Below are positions 44,423 to 54,231 of a stretch of 64,000 bases of DNA, piece by piece (positions within the stretch are counted from its first letter, which is position 1; each line of letters opens with the position of its first letter). A program made the translations under genes and the position numbers. Origin of the DNA: an uncultured virus (IMG/VR IMGVR_UViG_3300030376_003962). Taxonomy: Duplodnaviria > Heunggongvirae > Uroviricota > Caudoviricetes. The stretch lies in the IMG/VR virus record IMGVR_UViG_3300030376_003962; one strand, 5' to 3'. Below the pieces are notes generated by a model. It saw only the letters and a list, made by a program, of their open reading frames with translations, did not search any database and was not told the DNA's origin.

Positions 44423-47196
44423 AGCCCAACGTAAATTATGTGGAGGCTTTCTCTCTCTTCATAGAGAATGAGTCCAACGCTCCGTTGAAGGAGTATATGA
44501 ACAGACTCAATAGAGAAGTGCAGTCTCCTAAGCAGGATGTTGAGGATGAGCAGCCTTCGTATGATGAGATGAGTTACAATGAACTGAGACAACTTGCAGA
44601 TAAAAGAGGACTCATTGCTGGAATAACAGGTAAACCAAAAGGAACGACTCTAATAGAGTTGCTTGAGAGGGAAGACGCAAGACCAGTCTATGGAAAAACA
44701 GAGACAAATGAAGCGACTGATAAACTAACGCTGAAGGATATGAAAGCCTTTCCTGATTCAATACTACATTCTTATCTAAAACAAAAGTCCAGTTCTGCTG
44801 AAGACAGCAGAGATGCTATATTGCAGGGCGAGCAGTTCCAAGGCAGATTCATCTACAACCAAGACGGCTCTATACGAAGTGGTGAGCAAATAAAAGAATT
44901 GGTTGAAGATGAACTAGAAAGAAAGTTTCCCGCGCTAGAACGTGTAAAGACGAAGAAGAAGAGCAGATACATCAATACTTTAATGAAACTCGCTGCACCG
45001 AAGAAAACAGGTAAAGGCAGTGCTTCTCTAGGAAGTTCATCTCAGGTTATTGATGCAGTTTCCAATGACAAGACGGTAACTAACGTACTTGGACTTTTCA
45101 TGGATAGGGACAAGAGAACGCTAACACCTAAGAGGGTGTTTGAAGACTACTATCGTACTATTGCTGCTGATAAGGTTCCTAATTATGCTAAGTGGGCGAA
45201 TTATGCAAAGAAGAATTACCGACTCAAAATCACCGATGCCGATTTGAAGGAAGCGATAAGAACCTTGGAGAGTGACATACTTCCTGAGTTTAGGAGACCA
45301 ACTAGACCGTTCCTCGATATGTTGGTTGTAGCGGAGGATGATAAGGTTCAGGAATTAGGAAACTACAGGGTCTCGACTCTCAATGCATCGGATGTCATAG
45401 GCAGGCTGGATATGAAGAAGGCGGAGAAGAGAAATGACATCTACAGGTATTGGAAAAAAATAAGTGAGAATGAATGGGAAGATTTCAAAAAGGCACATCA
45501 ATCGTTCGTCGAAGCAATCAACAAACTTGATGTGAAGAATCTAAATGCTGAGTTAAAGGACAGATTAGAGAAATTTACAGAATTCGATGTTGAACAATTA
45601 AACTACATCAAACAATACAGCGGCGTAGAGATTGAAGACATTAGGGATACAGCGAAAAAAGCGATTTTCATTCTACGTGATTTCCTCAAGGAAAAGGGTG
45701 AGTTGCCACCTGAGAAGATTATGTACATGCAGAATACTGGTGAAAAGAACGATGATGTAGTTGATTTGACTACGATGGATACTGGTACTGAACCTGTGAA
45801 GGATGACTTGGAGGAAGACTTACTAGAGGCAGTTGTTGAATTAACACAGAGAAAGGTTGACCCTCTTTACGCCTATGTTCTAGAAGAGACTGATGCTCTT
45901 CCTACTGGTGCTGTGATAGAAGACCAATTAGATGACATAGAAGACGAATTGAAAACTGGATTAGTTATGGTGGAAATGGGTGATTTGATTCCACTCTTAG
46001 AACAATATCTGAAGAACATGAGAAAGGCAAAAATCGGAAATTTAGGTGCATACTATCTGCCTGTGGTTCCTCAAATCAGAGGTTATGCTGCTGTCCGTAC
46101 TGAGGGTGACTTTGATGAAAAGAAAGACCCGAATGTAACCGTTGCTAACTATATCAAACTGTTTTCTGAGTTTATCCAATATGGAGAGAAGAACGAGGTT
46201 CGCTCCAAGGGTGGAACTACTGGGTTGACGCCTAAAAGCGGATTCGCTAGAACTACCATTGGTAGGGCTGGTACTAATGCCAAGACCCATATGTTAGATT
46301 TCAAGGAACAAGGAATCAGTGATAAGTTCGATGTTCTCTTGGAAAAAATAGTTGCCTTCTTCATCGAGCCTAGTAGGAATCAGAACAAGCCATTTGATTC
46401 TCCTTTGCCATTCATCGATAAGGTTGGAAGCAGAGCGATTGAGACTATAGCACTAGAACCAGCAGCAGGGGAGAGTCCATTCATACATCTATTGAGAATG
46501 GAAAGCACTGACTGGAAGTTCAATAAAACGCAGTTGAATGACATATTGGATTTCTTGAAAGCGATTACTAGAGTGAATGTAGGAAGCGCACAGAATCAAT
46601 TAGTCACAGCAACAGAGCAATTAGGCGAAATGCTCAATGATATCTACGCTGGTGAGATGGAAGATATGTTAGAGATAGAACTAGGGAACTTCCTTCATGG
46701 AGTTTTCACGAAAGCAAATCTCCCTGACCTAAGATTCGGATTAGGCACTAAGAAAAATGTTTCAGAACTCAGCGAGAAATATGAGAAGAGCAGGATATAT
46801 CCTTTCGAGGCTGTTTTCAACCATCTTTTCCTCAAGAAAGAATCCTACAGCGACCCCGATACAGGAGTGGACGGTGCAAAGGAGACCATAGCGGGGATTA
46901 TGGCAGCAGAAGCAGAATTAGATATTGTAAAATCCAAAGAGCATACTCTCATCATGGAAGCACACGATGAGATAAGAAAGATGCTAGGAAAGAAAATCTA
47001 CTACGGAATCGCCAGTACGAATGATTTCGATGCAGTTTCAAGTGCGATAGATTACATGAGTGATTTGTACAAGACAGATATCACTGCGATGGATATCGAG
47101 AACGTTGTCAATGAACTGGATTCGATGAGTAACATCAGTACCAAGTATGGTGTTCCTAAAGAGGGGGTCTATTTCCTCAAAGCAAATTTCAGGTGA
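44419..47196 (+). CDS. Large putative internal virion protein with SAP/HeH-like motif
   Basis: GTG start coupled to the upstream stop; YDEMSYNELRQLADKRGL...LIELL; ~925 aa. Confidence 0.7.
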   Translation: MKPNVNYVEAFSLFIENESNAPLKEYMNRLNREVQSPKQDVEDEQPSYDEMSYNELRQLADKRGLIAGITGKPKGTTLIELLEREDARPVYGKTETNEATDKLTLKDMKAFPDSILHSYLKQKSSSAEDSRDAILQGEQFQGRFIYNQDGSIRSGEQIKELVEDELERKFPALERVKTKKKSRYINTLMKLAAPKKTGKGSASLGSSSQVIDAVSNDKTVTNVLGLFMDRDKRTLTPKRVFEDYYRTIAADKVPNYAKWANYAKKNYRLKITDADLKEAIRTLESDILPEFRRPTRPFLDMLVVAEDDKVQELGNYRVSTLNASDVIGRLDMKKAEKRNDIYRYWKKISENEWEDFKKAHQSFVEAINKLDVKNLNAELKDRLEKFTEFDVEQLNYIKQYSGVEIEDIRDTAKKAIFILRDFLKEKGELPPEKIMYMQNTGEKNDDVVDLTTMDTGTEPVKDDLEEDLLEAVVELTQRKVDPLYAYVLEETDALPTGAVIEDQLDDIEDELKTGLVMVEMGDLIPLLEQYLKNMRKAKIGNLGAYYLPVVPQIRGYAAVRTEGDFDEKKDPNVTVANYIKLFSEFIQYGEKNEVRSKGGTTGLTPKSGFARTTIGRAGTNAKTHMLDFKEQGISDKFDVLLEKIVAFFIEPSRNQNKPFDSPLPFIDKVGSRAIETIALEPAAGESPFIHLLRMESTDWKFNKTQLNDILDFLKAITRVNVGSAQNQLVTATEQLGEMLNDIYAGEMEDMLEIELGNFLHGVFTKANLPDLRFGLGTKKNVSELSEKYEKSRIYPFEAVFNHLFLKKESYSDPDTGVDGAKETIAGIMAAEAELDIVKSKEHTLIMEAHDEIRKMLGKKIYYGIASTNDFDAVSSAIDYMSDLYKTDITAMDIENVVNELDSMSNISTKYGVPKEGVYFLKANFR

Positions 47197-47200
47197 GGAA

Positions 47201-47686
47201 ATGGCAGATATTAAAATCAAGGAAGTATCAAAGGATGATGCCTTCTTCATGTGGAACAGGGACAATCCTGATGACCCGTTTGTAAGAAACCTTCCTTCTT
47301 GGTATGACTTAGATAATTGGGTTGTCAGGGTGAATGATGGTGAAGTCGTCGGAGTTGCAGGCTACAGTGACAAGGGGGATTACGGTATTCTAGGAGGTAT
47401 GAAGGCTAGAAGCAAGGACAAGCCTAAAGGTGGTGGAAACTGGAAAGCCCTACTTGAGTATCGTAGGGACAAATTAGCAGGTAAGCCGAAGATTCTAGGT
47501 CTTGCGTCCAGTAAGATACCACAGAGTACATGGGTGAAGATGAATAGAAATGCTGGCTTTCAAACCGATGACTTGATGGGAATACCTGAAGATGTCGTGG
47601 ATAACTTTCGACAGCAATATGGCGATGATTGGGGAATCAGCAAGAGCCTAAGTTGGAGGTTCTACATAATGGAGGGATACTTTTGA
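47201..47686 (+). CDS. GNAT-fold-like protein
   Basis: WVVRVNDGEVVGVAGY...KGGGNWKALL...NAGF. Confidence 0.5.
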   Translation: MADIKIKEVSKDDAFFMWNRDNPDDPFVRNLPSWYDLDNWVVRVNDGEVVGVAGYSDKGDYGILGGMKARSKDKPKGGGNWKALLEYRRDKLAGKPKILGLASSKIPQSTWVKMNRNAGFQTDDLMGIPEDVVDNFRQQYGDDWGISKSLSWRFYIMEGYF

Positions 47687-48651
47687 CATTGTGGTTTGAA
47701 GAGTTGAAGAAGGAGAAGGATGCTTGCTATCGCAAGGTCAGAAGCAGATACAAGAAGTGGCCTTCTGCCTATGCGTCAGGTGCATTGGTACAATGCAGAA
47801 AGGTAGGTGCTGCTAATTGGGGTAACTCGGTTAAGAAAGCAGAATCAAAATACACGCCTAAGAATCTATCAGAGGAAAAAAGAAAACTGTTTGAATCTGA
47901 GCCTTCATTCGATGTAGACTTCCCTGACTATGAGCATCCTGAGAATGAGAAAGAACTTCCAAAGGTTCTCGCTATGATGAATGCTCAGAAGATTAATGAT
48001 GATGAGATAGAAGACCTAGACCAAAACAATAACGAGATGATGTTGAAGATTGTTGGTGAGAGTAGAGAGGATAGAGAAGATTTGATTGAGGATATTGGTA
48101 TTCATACAATCAAACTCAAAGTGAAATATGGAAGACCAAGACCCTACGAGATATCCGATAAGATAGAATCTACAACAAATACGGATGACAGTCCATCTTT
48201 CCCAAGCGGTCATGCGATGGAAGCCTATGCATTAGCCAAGGTTCTAGGTAAGGAATATCCCGATAAGCAAGAAGAGTTGGATAAGATGGCTGCTAAGATA
48301 TCATTGTCTAGAGTTCAAATGGGCAACCATTACCCAAGTGACATCGAAGTAGGGAAGAAGGCTGGTACACTAATAGGTGAAACGTATCTAGATAGAGATA
48401 TGAAGAAGTCATGGCAGGAAATGCTGGTTAAGGATTGGGTCAGTTGTTCGTCTTGCACAGATGACAAACCCGGAACGGAGCCTTGTGGTAGGAAAGATGC
48501 ATCGAAGGGAACGAAGAGAAGATGTCGCCCGACCTGCTCTGCCTGTAAGGACTACAAGAGACGAGGCGGAAAACCCAAGAGAAGGAAAGCAGGAACATTC
48601 AGTAGGGAGAAAGATGAGGGTCTTCATGGTTGGTTCAAAAGGAGGGGTTGA
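47683..48651 (+). CDS. Modular protein containing a PAP2/haloperoxidase-family phosphatase domain
   Basis: KVKYGRPRP, SFPSGH, SRVQMGNHYPSD; flanked by Cys/Lys-rich modules; N-terminus LWFEELKK. Confidence 0.8.
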   Translation: MTLWFEELKKEKDACYRKVRSRYKKWPSAYASGALVQCRKVGAANWGNSVKKAESKYTPKNLSEEKRKLFESEPSFDVDFPDYEHPENEKELPKVLAMMNAQKINDDEIEDLDQNNNEMMLKIVGESREDREDLIEDIGIHTIKLKVKYGRPRPYEISDKIESTTNTDDSPSFPSGHAMEAYALAKVLGKEYPDKQEELDKMAAKISLSRVQMGNHYPSDIEVGKKAGTLIGETYLDRDMKKSWQEMLVKDWVSCSSCTDDKPGTEPCGRKDASKGTKRRCRPTCSACKDYKRRGGKPKRRKAGTFSREKDEGLHGWFKRRG

Positions 48652-49224
48652 ATGTCCAGTATAGAAAAAGCAAAATTATCTAAAGATGCAATTAGAGAAT
48701 ATATTAAGAAGATATCAGACATAACCAAAGATATTCAAAAAATATCGGAGGCTACATATGCTACAGGAGAAACAGAAGATAACCGCATTGATAGAAGTGC
48801 CTTCATAGATTTGCTAAGAGAATTAGAAAGTGGTCTTGACAGTGTTCAAATGAATTTAGAAGAAATGGAAAGTCTTTATGATGATTTTGAAATTGCTGAT
48901 TCAGAACTAATCAAATCTTGGTTCGATGTAGTTAAAAATAAAAAATCTAAGAAGCATCCTGCACTGAAGAGAGCAGGTGTCAGTGGCTTCAGTAAACCAA
49001 AGAGAACCCCAAAGCACCCGAAGAAGTCTCATGTTGTTGTAGTGAGAGATGGCAAGAAAGTCAAGACAATTAGATTTGGGCAACAGGGTGCTGATACCGT
49101 CACTGAGAAAAACCCCAAGGGAAGGAGAAGAAAAAAGCAAGCATCGTTCAAGGCTCGTCATGCTAAGAACATAAAGAGAGGAAAGACCTCTGCTGCGTAT
49201 TGGGCAAATAAAGTGAAGTGGTGA
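48652..49224 (+). CDS. Protein with basic C-terminal phage head-region domain (DUF6321-like)
   Basis: KPKRTP...KTIRFGQQG...SFKARH...SAAYWA..KW. Confidence 0.6.
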   Translation: MSSIEKAKLSKDAIREYIKKISDITKDIQKISEATYATGETEDNRIDRSAFIDLLRELESGLDSVQMNLEEMESLYDDFEIADSELIKSWFDVVKNKKSKKHPALKRAGVSGFSKPKRTPKHPKKSHVVVVRDGKKVKTIRFGQQGADTVTEKNPKGRRRKKQASFKARHAKNIKRGKTSAAYWANKVKW

Positions 49225-50663
49225 ATCGGTTGGATATGGACAATCTAGATTTCGTCTCCGCAATGGATATGGAATTATCTAGAGACTCCTTTCCATATTT
49301 CTTTCAGAATGTTCTAGGCATGATGTTTCCACCATATATGGAAGAATGGTTGAAGTCTATGGAATCAACGGATAGGACAGTTATCATTTGCAGCAGAGAC
49401 CACGGAAAATCAGTCTTCATGCATTGTTGGGTTGTATGGAATCTAATATTCCAAGAACCACCATTTCAGATGCTGTACATCTCATCTAACCAAAAGCAGA
49501 CTCTCGTTCACATGAGGGAGATTGACAGGTACTTCAATCATCCAGCACTGAAACAATTCAAGCCTAGTCGTGGATGGGCAATTGGAAATATTCAACTCAC
49601 CAACGGTAATGCGATTCTAGAGCGTTCCGTTGGTTCTCAGATTCGTGGTCTTCACCCGCAGGAGATTATCATTGACGACCCCTTGAAGGAGTTCAGTCTC
49701 GCTGGTATTCAGAGAGTCACTGACTGGTTCTTCGGTGACATGATTCCGACTTTGCATCACACTTCCAAACTCAGGATGATTGGTACTCCTTTCACCTACA
49801 CCGATATCTTTGCACAGTTGGAAGAAAACGAAGCATACACAGTAACAAAGTATCCATGCCTGAATGGATTAAACGAACCACTTTGGCCTGAGCGTTGGGA
49901 CTATGATGCACTCATGCAGAGGAAAGCAGAGATAGGTTCTCTGAAGTTTACAAGAGAATACCTGTGTGTTCCAATCTCCACAGGAACTGCTCTCTTCAAT
50001 CCTGAGTTTGTGACAAAATGCAAGAACAAAGAGTATGTCCTAAAACTAGGTCATAGGAAAGATAAGGGATACAGATACTATGTCGGTGTTGACCCTGCTA
50101 TCTCAACTGATGGCGACTACAATGTAATAACGGTTCTAGAAGTTGATGATGAGCAGAACAAGACCATCGTTCATGTCGATAGAGCAAAGAACATAGAGTT
50201 CAGGGAGAACATAGAGAAGATTCGTTTGATTGGGAAGGTGTTTGAGCCTGAAGAGATTCTTTTTGAGACCAACACCTTCGCCAAGGCATTCACACAGGAA
50301 CTGAAGAACATGACAGATTTGAATGTCAGGGACTTCAATACCACAAGAAGAAAGAAGCAAGAGATTATTCTGAATCTACAAATGAATATAGAGAACGGTA
50401 AACTGAATTTTCCCTATGGCGACAATGCTAGTAGAAGAGTTACTAATCTTCTCATCGAAGAATTATCGATGTTCTCCATCACTGCATCAGGGAAGTTCGA
50501 GGGAGTTGGAGCGCATGATGATTTAGTCATGAGCCTAGCATTAGCCAACGCTGCTTCACAGGGTACGGGAGAACAGTTTGTTTTATTGGACGACTTGGAC
50601 ATCTTTGATGAACCTAGTAGTCCTCGCAATCGTGTATCGGGTATCATGGGCATCAATTTTTGA
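49218..50663 (+). CDS. terL: Terminase large subunit
   Basis: SRDHGKS (Walker A), IIIDD (Walker B), IGTP, VGVDPA, HDDLVMSLAL. Confidence 0.93.
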   Translation: MVNRLDMDNLDFVSAMDMELSRDSFPYFFQNVLGMMFPPYMEEWLKSMESTDRTVIICSRDHGKSVFMHCWVVWNLIFQEPPFQMLYISSNQKQTLVHMREIDRYFNHPALKQFKPSRGWAIGNIQLTNGNAILERSVGSQIRGLHPQEIIIDDPLKEFSLAGIQRVTDWFFGDMIPTLHHTSKLRMIGTPFTYTDIFAQLEENEAYTVTKYPCLNGLNEPLWPERWDYDALMQRKAEIGSLKFTREYLCVPISTGTALFNPEFVTKCKNKEYVLKLGHRKDKGYRYYVGVDPAISTDGDYNVITVLEVDDEQNKTIVHVDRAKNIEFRENIEKIRLIGKVFEPEEILFETNTFAKAFTQELKNMTDLNVRDFNTTRRKKQEIILNLQMNIENGKLNFPYGDNASRRVTNLLIEELSMFSITASGKFEGVGAHDDLVMSLALANAASQGTGEQFVLLDDLDIFDEPSSPRNRVSGIMGINF

Positions 50664-50672
50664 GGTGAGAAA

Positions 50673-52010
50673 GTGGGAGAAAAGGGAGATAAACTCAGAG
50701 AGGCTGCTGAACTTGCAGACAAAGAAGAGCAACTTCGTGAAAGACAAAAGGAACTCACTGCTGAACTCAAGGGTGAATGGTTAGAATCCCAACCACTTAG
50801 CAGCCATTTGGATGTTGAGAAAAGGTTTGCAGAAGAATACAACGTTGCCCTAACTGATGCTAGAAAGGCTATTGACACCAACATCAAAAAATACGAGATA
50901 GAGGGAAAAGACATCCCTATGATGATTAAAGAACTAAGGGTGTATAGAAGAACCCTGAAAGGAGAACCCAAAATAGCCGTCACTAAGTCAATTGATAACC
51001 TAATAGACGCATACTCATCTCACCTCGATAAGAGTTTGGATAAGGTTTACTGGATTAAAAAATACAAATCTGCCTTGAAGGACATGACACTCTCTGAAGA
51101 GAACATAATCAAGTTATCATTGATTAAAGACGAAGAGACTAGAAGAGAAGTTGTTGACACACTTTGCAAGTATTGGGAGGCTAGGGTTGAAAGAAACGGT
51201 ATGCCGTACAACTCAGAGTATGCAAAGTTAAGCAAAGAGATGTCTGCCACCAAGAGGGAAGTAAAGAACACAATCAAGAAATACGTCGTGAATATCGGCC
51301 CTAAAGAACTAATCAAGAGACACATCGTTAGACTCGTCACAGAGGAACAAGGCATATCGGCAAGGCAGGTTCACGAAAGACTACCAAACAATCTATTCAG
51401 AAAATCCTCTCCAAGCATGATATCGAAATTAGCAAAAGCATCGAACGTGACTAATGTAGATGGTGCATTATACAAGATGAGCGATGAGATAAAGAAAGAC
51501 ATCTACGCATACACCGCCGCATTCATCGACTCTGATGGCTACATCACGATGGACAAGAACCACAATCCTAGAGTTGGGTTGGTAGCGACAGGAGACAGGG
51601 GGAAGGCATTCATGTTGGAGATGCACAAGTCTCTAGGCTGTGGAAGGCTTCACCTTGACCAAAAATCCCCACAGGATACGAAGCCAATAAATCGACTAAA
51701 CTTCTACTCTAGAAAGGACGTAGGAGAGATACTTGGCAAGTGTATGCCATACTTCAAACTGAAGAAGAAGAATGCTGAGATACTGGTTGAACTGCTTCGT
51801 ATGAAGAAGGGACATAAGAAGGCTGGTTGGTATAACGCTAGGAAAGTAGAATTGTTCAAACTCATGAAATATGAAAATCACAAGGATGATAAGAACTACG
51901 ACTTCGCAAGATATGATATCGACATAGACAGCGTTGTGAAATACTACGACAACAACAAGATGTCTGAGATGGATAAACTAGAGTCGATAGTAAAGAACGG
52001 GGAGGAATAA
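50673..52010 (+). CDS. Protein with HTH and C-terminal LAGLIDADG domain
   Basis: GISARQVH (HTH-like); YTAAFIDSDGYI; PYFKLKK. Confidence 0.75.
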   Translation: MGEKGDKLREAAELADKEEQLRERQKELTAELKGEWLESQPLSSHLDVEKRFAEEYNVALTDARKAIDTNIKKYEIEGKDIPMMIKELRVYRRTLKGEPKIAVTKSIDNLIDAYSSHLDKSLDKVYWIKKYKSALKDMTLSEENIIKLSLIKDEETRREVVDTLCKYWEARVERNGMPYNSEYAKLSKEMSATKREVKNTIKKYVVNIGPKELIKRHIVRLVTEEQGISARQVHERLPNNLFRKSSPSMISKLAKASNVTNVDGALYKMSDEIKKDIYAYTAAFIDSDGYITMDKNHNPRVGLVATGDRGKAFMLEMHKSLGCGRLHLDQKSPQDTKPINRLNFYSRKDVGEILGKCMPYFKLKKKNAEILVELLRMKKGHKKAGWYNARKVELFKLMKYENHKDDKNYDFARYDIDIDSVVKYYDNNKMSEMDKLESIVKNGEE

Positions 52011-52011
52011 A

Positions 52012-53631
52012 ATGGTAGAAAAAAGACCGACCTTGTTTCAGCGTCTAACACGCAGAACAACGCCTAAACCACAAGATAGAACGATATACAATCCGGGCAT
52101 CCAAGAGAAGGACACATCCTATCTCATAACTGCGCCGATTATTTATCATGTAACATATCAATCAGTGATTGCTAGAACCTGTATTACGCAGTTGAAGAAT
52201 GAGATATTCAGAAGAGGATATACATGGGAAGAGAAGTTCACAGTTAGGTGTGGAGATTGTAACAGGGAACACAAGCAACCAACGCTAGAGTGCGTAGAGT
52301 GCGGAAGCATGAATCTAATCAAACCCGATAGAAAGCAATTGAAGTATATTCACAAATTGCTAGATGGTCATGTGAATAGAGGTGAACAGATGTTCATCGA
52401 TGTTCTCAAGGAACTTGAGGATGACTTGAACATCATGGATGATGCTTATCTTGTTATGGTGAAGGAGTATTTCGTTGATGGTAATGGTGACATTCGTATG
52501 CATCGAATCAAAGAGGTGTACCGTGGAGACCCCGTTACAATGCATATCTATGCAGATGAGAATGGTGAGAGAGGACATCAGGGCTTCACTTGTTTGACGC
52601 ATAGAGATTTCATCAGCACCTCCCCTAGTGATAGTTGTGAACACTGTGGTTCTGAGTTGCATCCTGTTCATTATGTGAATAGGGTGAATGGAACCGAACA
52701 GTATTTCATTGAAGGAGAAGTTCTTCATTTCAGTAAGTATGCTCCATCAAGATTGTATGGGCAGTCTCCAATCATGACTCTTTGGAATCATATCACAACT
52801 CTCATCGCTATGGAAAACTATGTCAACTCATCATACACAAAGGCAAGGATGCCAAGAGGACTACTCGCTGTTCAGACGAGGAATATGGAATCCATGAAGT
52901 CGTTTTGGCGAGGTGTCAAGGACAAGATGGAGCAAGACCCACACTTCATACCAGTTATGGGAATAGAATCTGACGGCGGTAAGGGAGGCATCGAGTGGAT
53001 TAAATTCATGGATAGCCTCAAGGAGATGGACTACATACAAGTCAAGGAAGACTTGAGAGATAGAATCGCTGCATTCTATGGTGTCAGTAAGATATTCATG
53101 GCAGACAACTCTGCCAGCGGTGGGTTGAACAACGAGGGTATGCAGATACTCGTAACTAACAGAGCAGTCGAAATGGCACAGACGATTTGGAACGATTATG
53201 TGTTCCCATTCATGACCAAGGAGTTTGGAATCACTGATTGGGAATTGAAACTGCCACCTTCAGAAGAAGAGGATGAGATTGCCAAACTACGAAAGAGAGA
53301 GATAGAAGTCAACGTGGCAGCGTCAATCAAGAACCTCGGATTTGAGGTTGACATGGATGACGAAGGAAGATTCACTTTCAAGAAGCCTGACCCTAAACCC
53401 GAAGCACCACCGCAAGAAGAAGGGCAAGTAGAAACTGACCCATACGCAGGAACAGATATCGATGCAAGTCAACTTGGGCAACTACAGGAACAGCAGTTGA
53501 TGGGTCAAGGCGGTGGCGAGACTAGAAACAAACCATCTATGGAAACTGGCCCTGATAAGAGATTCACAGGATTACCACAAGAAGCAGGTAATCAAAATGT
53601 TGATTCACGAACAGAGAGGCGGGTAGGCTAA
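52012..53631 (+). CDS. Portal protein
   Basis: Position after terL; LYGQSPI, PRGLL, RIAAFYGV; Zn-ribbon-like insertions. Confidence 0.88.
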   Translation: MVEKRPTLFQRLTRRTTPKPQDRTIYNPGIQEKDTSYLITAPIIYHVTYQSVIARTCITQLKNEIFRRGYTWEEKFTVRCGDCNREHKQPTLECVECGSMNLIKPDRKQLKYIHKLLDGHVNRGEQMFIDVLKELEDDLNIMDDAYLVMVKEYFVDGNGDIRMHRIKEVYRGDPVTMHIYADENGERGHQGFTCLTHRDFISTSPSDSCEHCGSELHPVHYVNRVNGTEQYFIEGEVLHFSKYAPSRLYGQSPIMTLWNHITTLIAMENYVNSSYTKARMPRGLLAVQTRNMESMKSFWRGVKDKMEQDPHFIPVMGIESDGGKGGIEWIKFMDSLKEMDYIQVKEDLRDRIAAFYGVSKIFMADNSASGGLNNEGMQILVTNRAVEMAQTIWNDYVFPFMTKEFGITDWELKLPPSEEEDEIAKLRKREIEVNVAASIKNLGFEVDMDDEGRFTFKKPDPKPEAPPQEEGQVETDPYAGTDIDASQLGQLQEQQLMGQGGGETRNKPSMETGPDKRFTGLPQEAGNQNVDSRTERRVG

Positions 53632-53740
53632 TGGGAATCATCACGGCTATGGTGAAGGACTTAGAGCATCTAGAAATAGTAAGGCAATGGAAGGAAGAAT
53701 TAGAAGCACTACACGCAGAACAAGATGTGGGGGATAAGAA

Positions 53741-54004
53741 ATGAGTTGGTGGAATATAATAAAACAGCCTGACATGCCAATGCCTGATATGCCAATGCCT
53801 GATGACGGTATGGAAATGGATACAGAAGAAGGTGCGATAAGACCTGCTGTAGACATGCATGAAGCAAGAGAACATCCAGTTGACCCTGCTGTTGCAGAAG
53901 AAATGGAAAAGACACTCTATGGTGGACAGAAGAAACTAGACAAAGACGGAGATGGAGACATCGATGGTGAAGACTTCAAACAACTAAGGAGGAAAAGTAA
54001 ATGA
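53741..54004 (+). CDS. MSW-leader protein with EF-hand-like loop
   Basis: MSWWNIIKQ, PDMPM repeats, LDKDGDGDIDGED. Confidence 0.6.
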   Translation: MSWWNIIKQPDMPMPDMPMPDDGMEMDTEEGAIRPAVDMHEAREHPVDPAVAEEMEKTLYGGQKKLDKDGDGDIDGEDFKQLRRKSK

Positions 54005-54231
54005 CAGAAGAAAAGAAAAGCGTAAGAGAATTGGAAAGAGAACTAGCAAATGCAAGGGCAGAGCAATATGCTCACCACAACAGAAACGCCACTAAGAACA
54101 GAGATTACTCTGTGGGTGGTATTGACCCTAATGCTGTAGAGAAGAAATCTCCCGATACAAGGGATGTTCCCGATGCAATCCTACTACCTAAGAAAAAGAG
54201 AGCAAGAACACCAAACAATCCTTGGGGATGA
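54001..54231 (+). CDS. Hypothetical protein
   Basis: Coupled ORF. Confidence 0.55.
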   Translation: MTEEKKSVRELERELANARAEQYAHHNRNATKNRDYSVGGIDPNAVEKKSPDTRDVPDAILLPKKKRARTPNNPWG

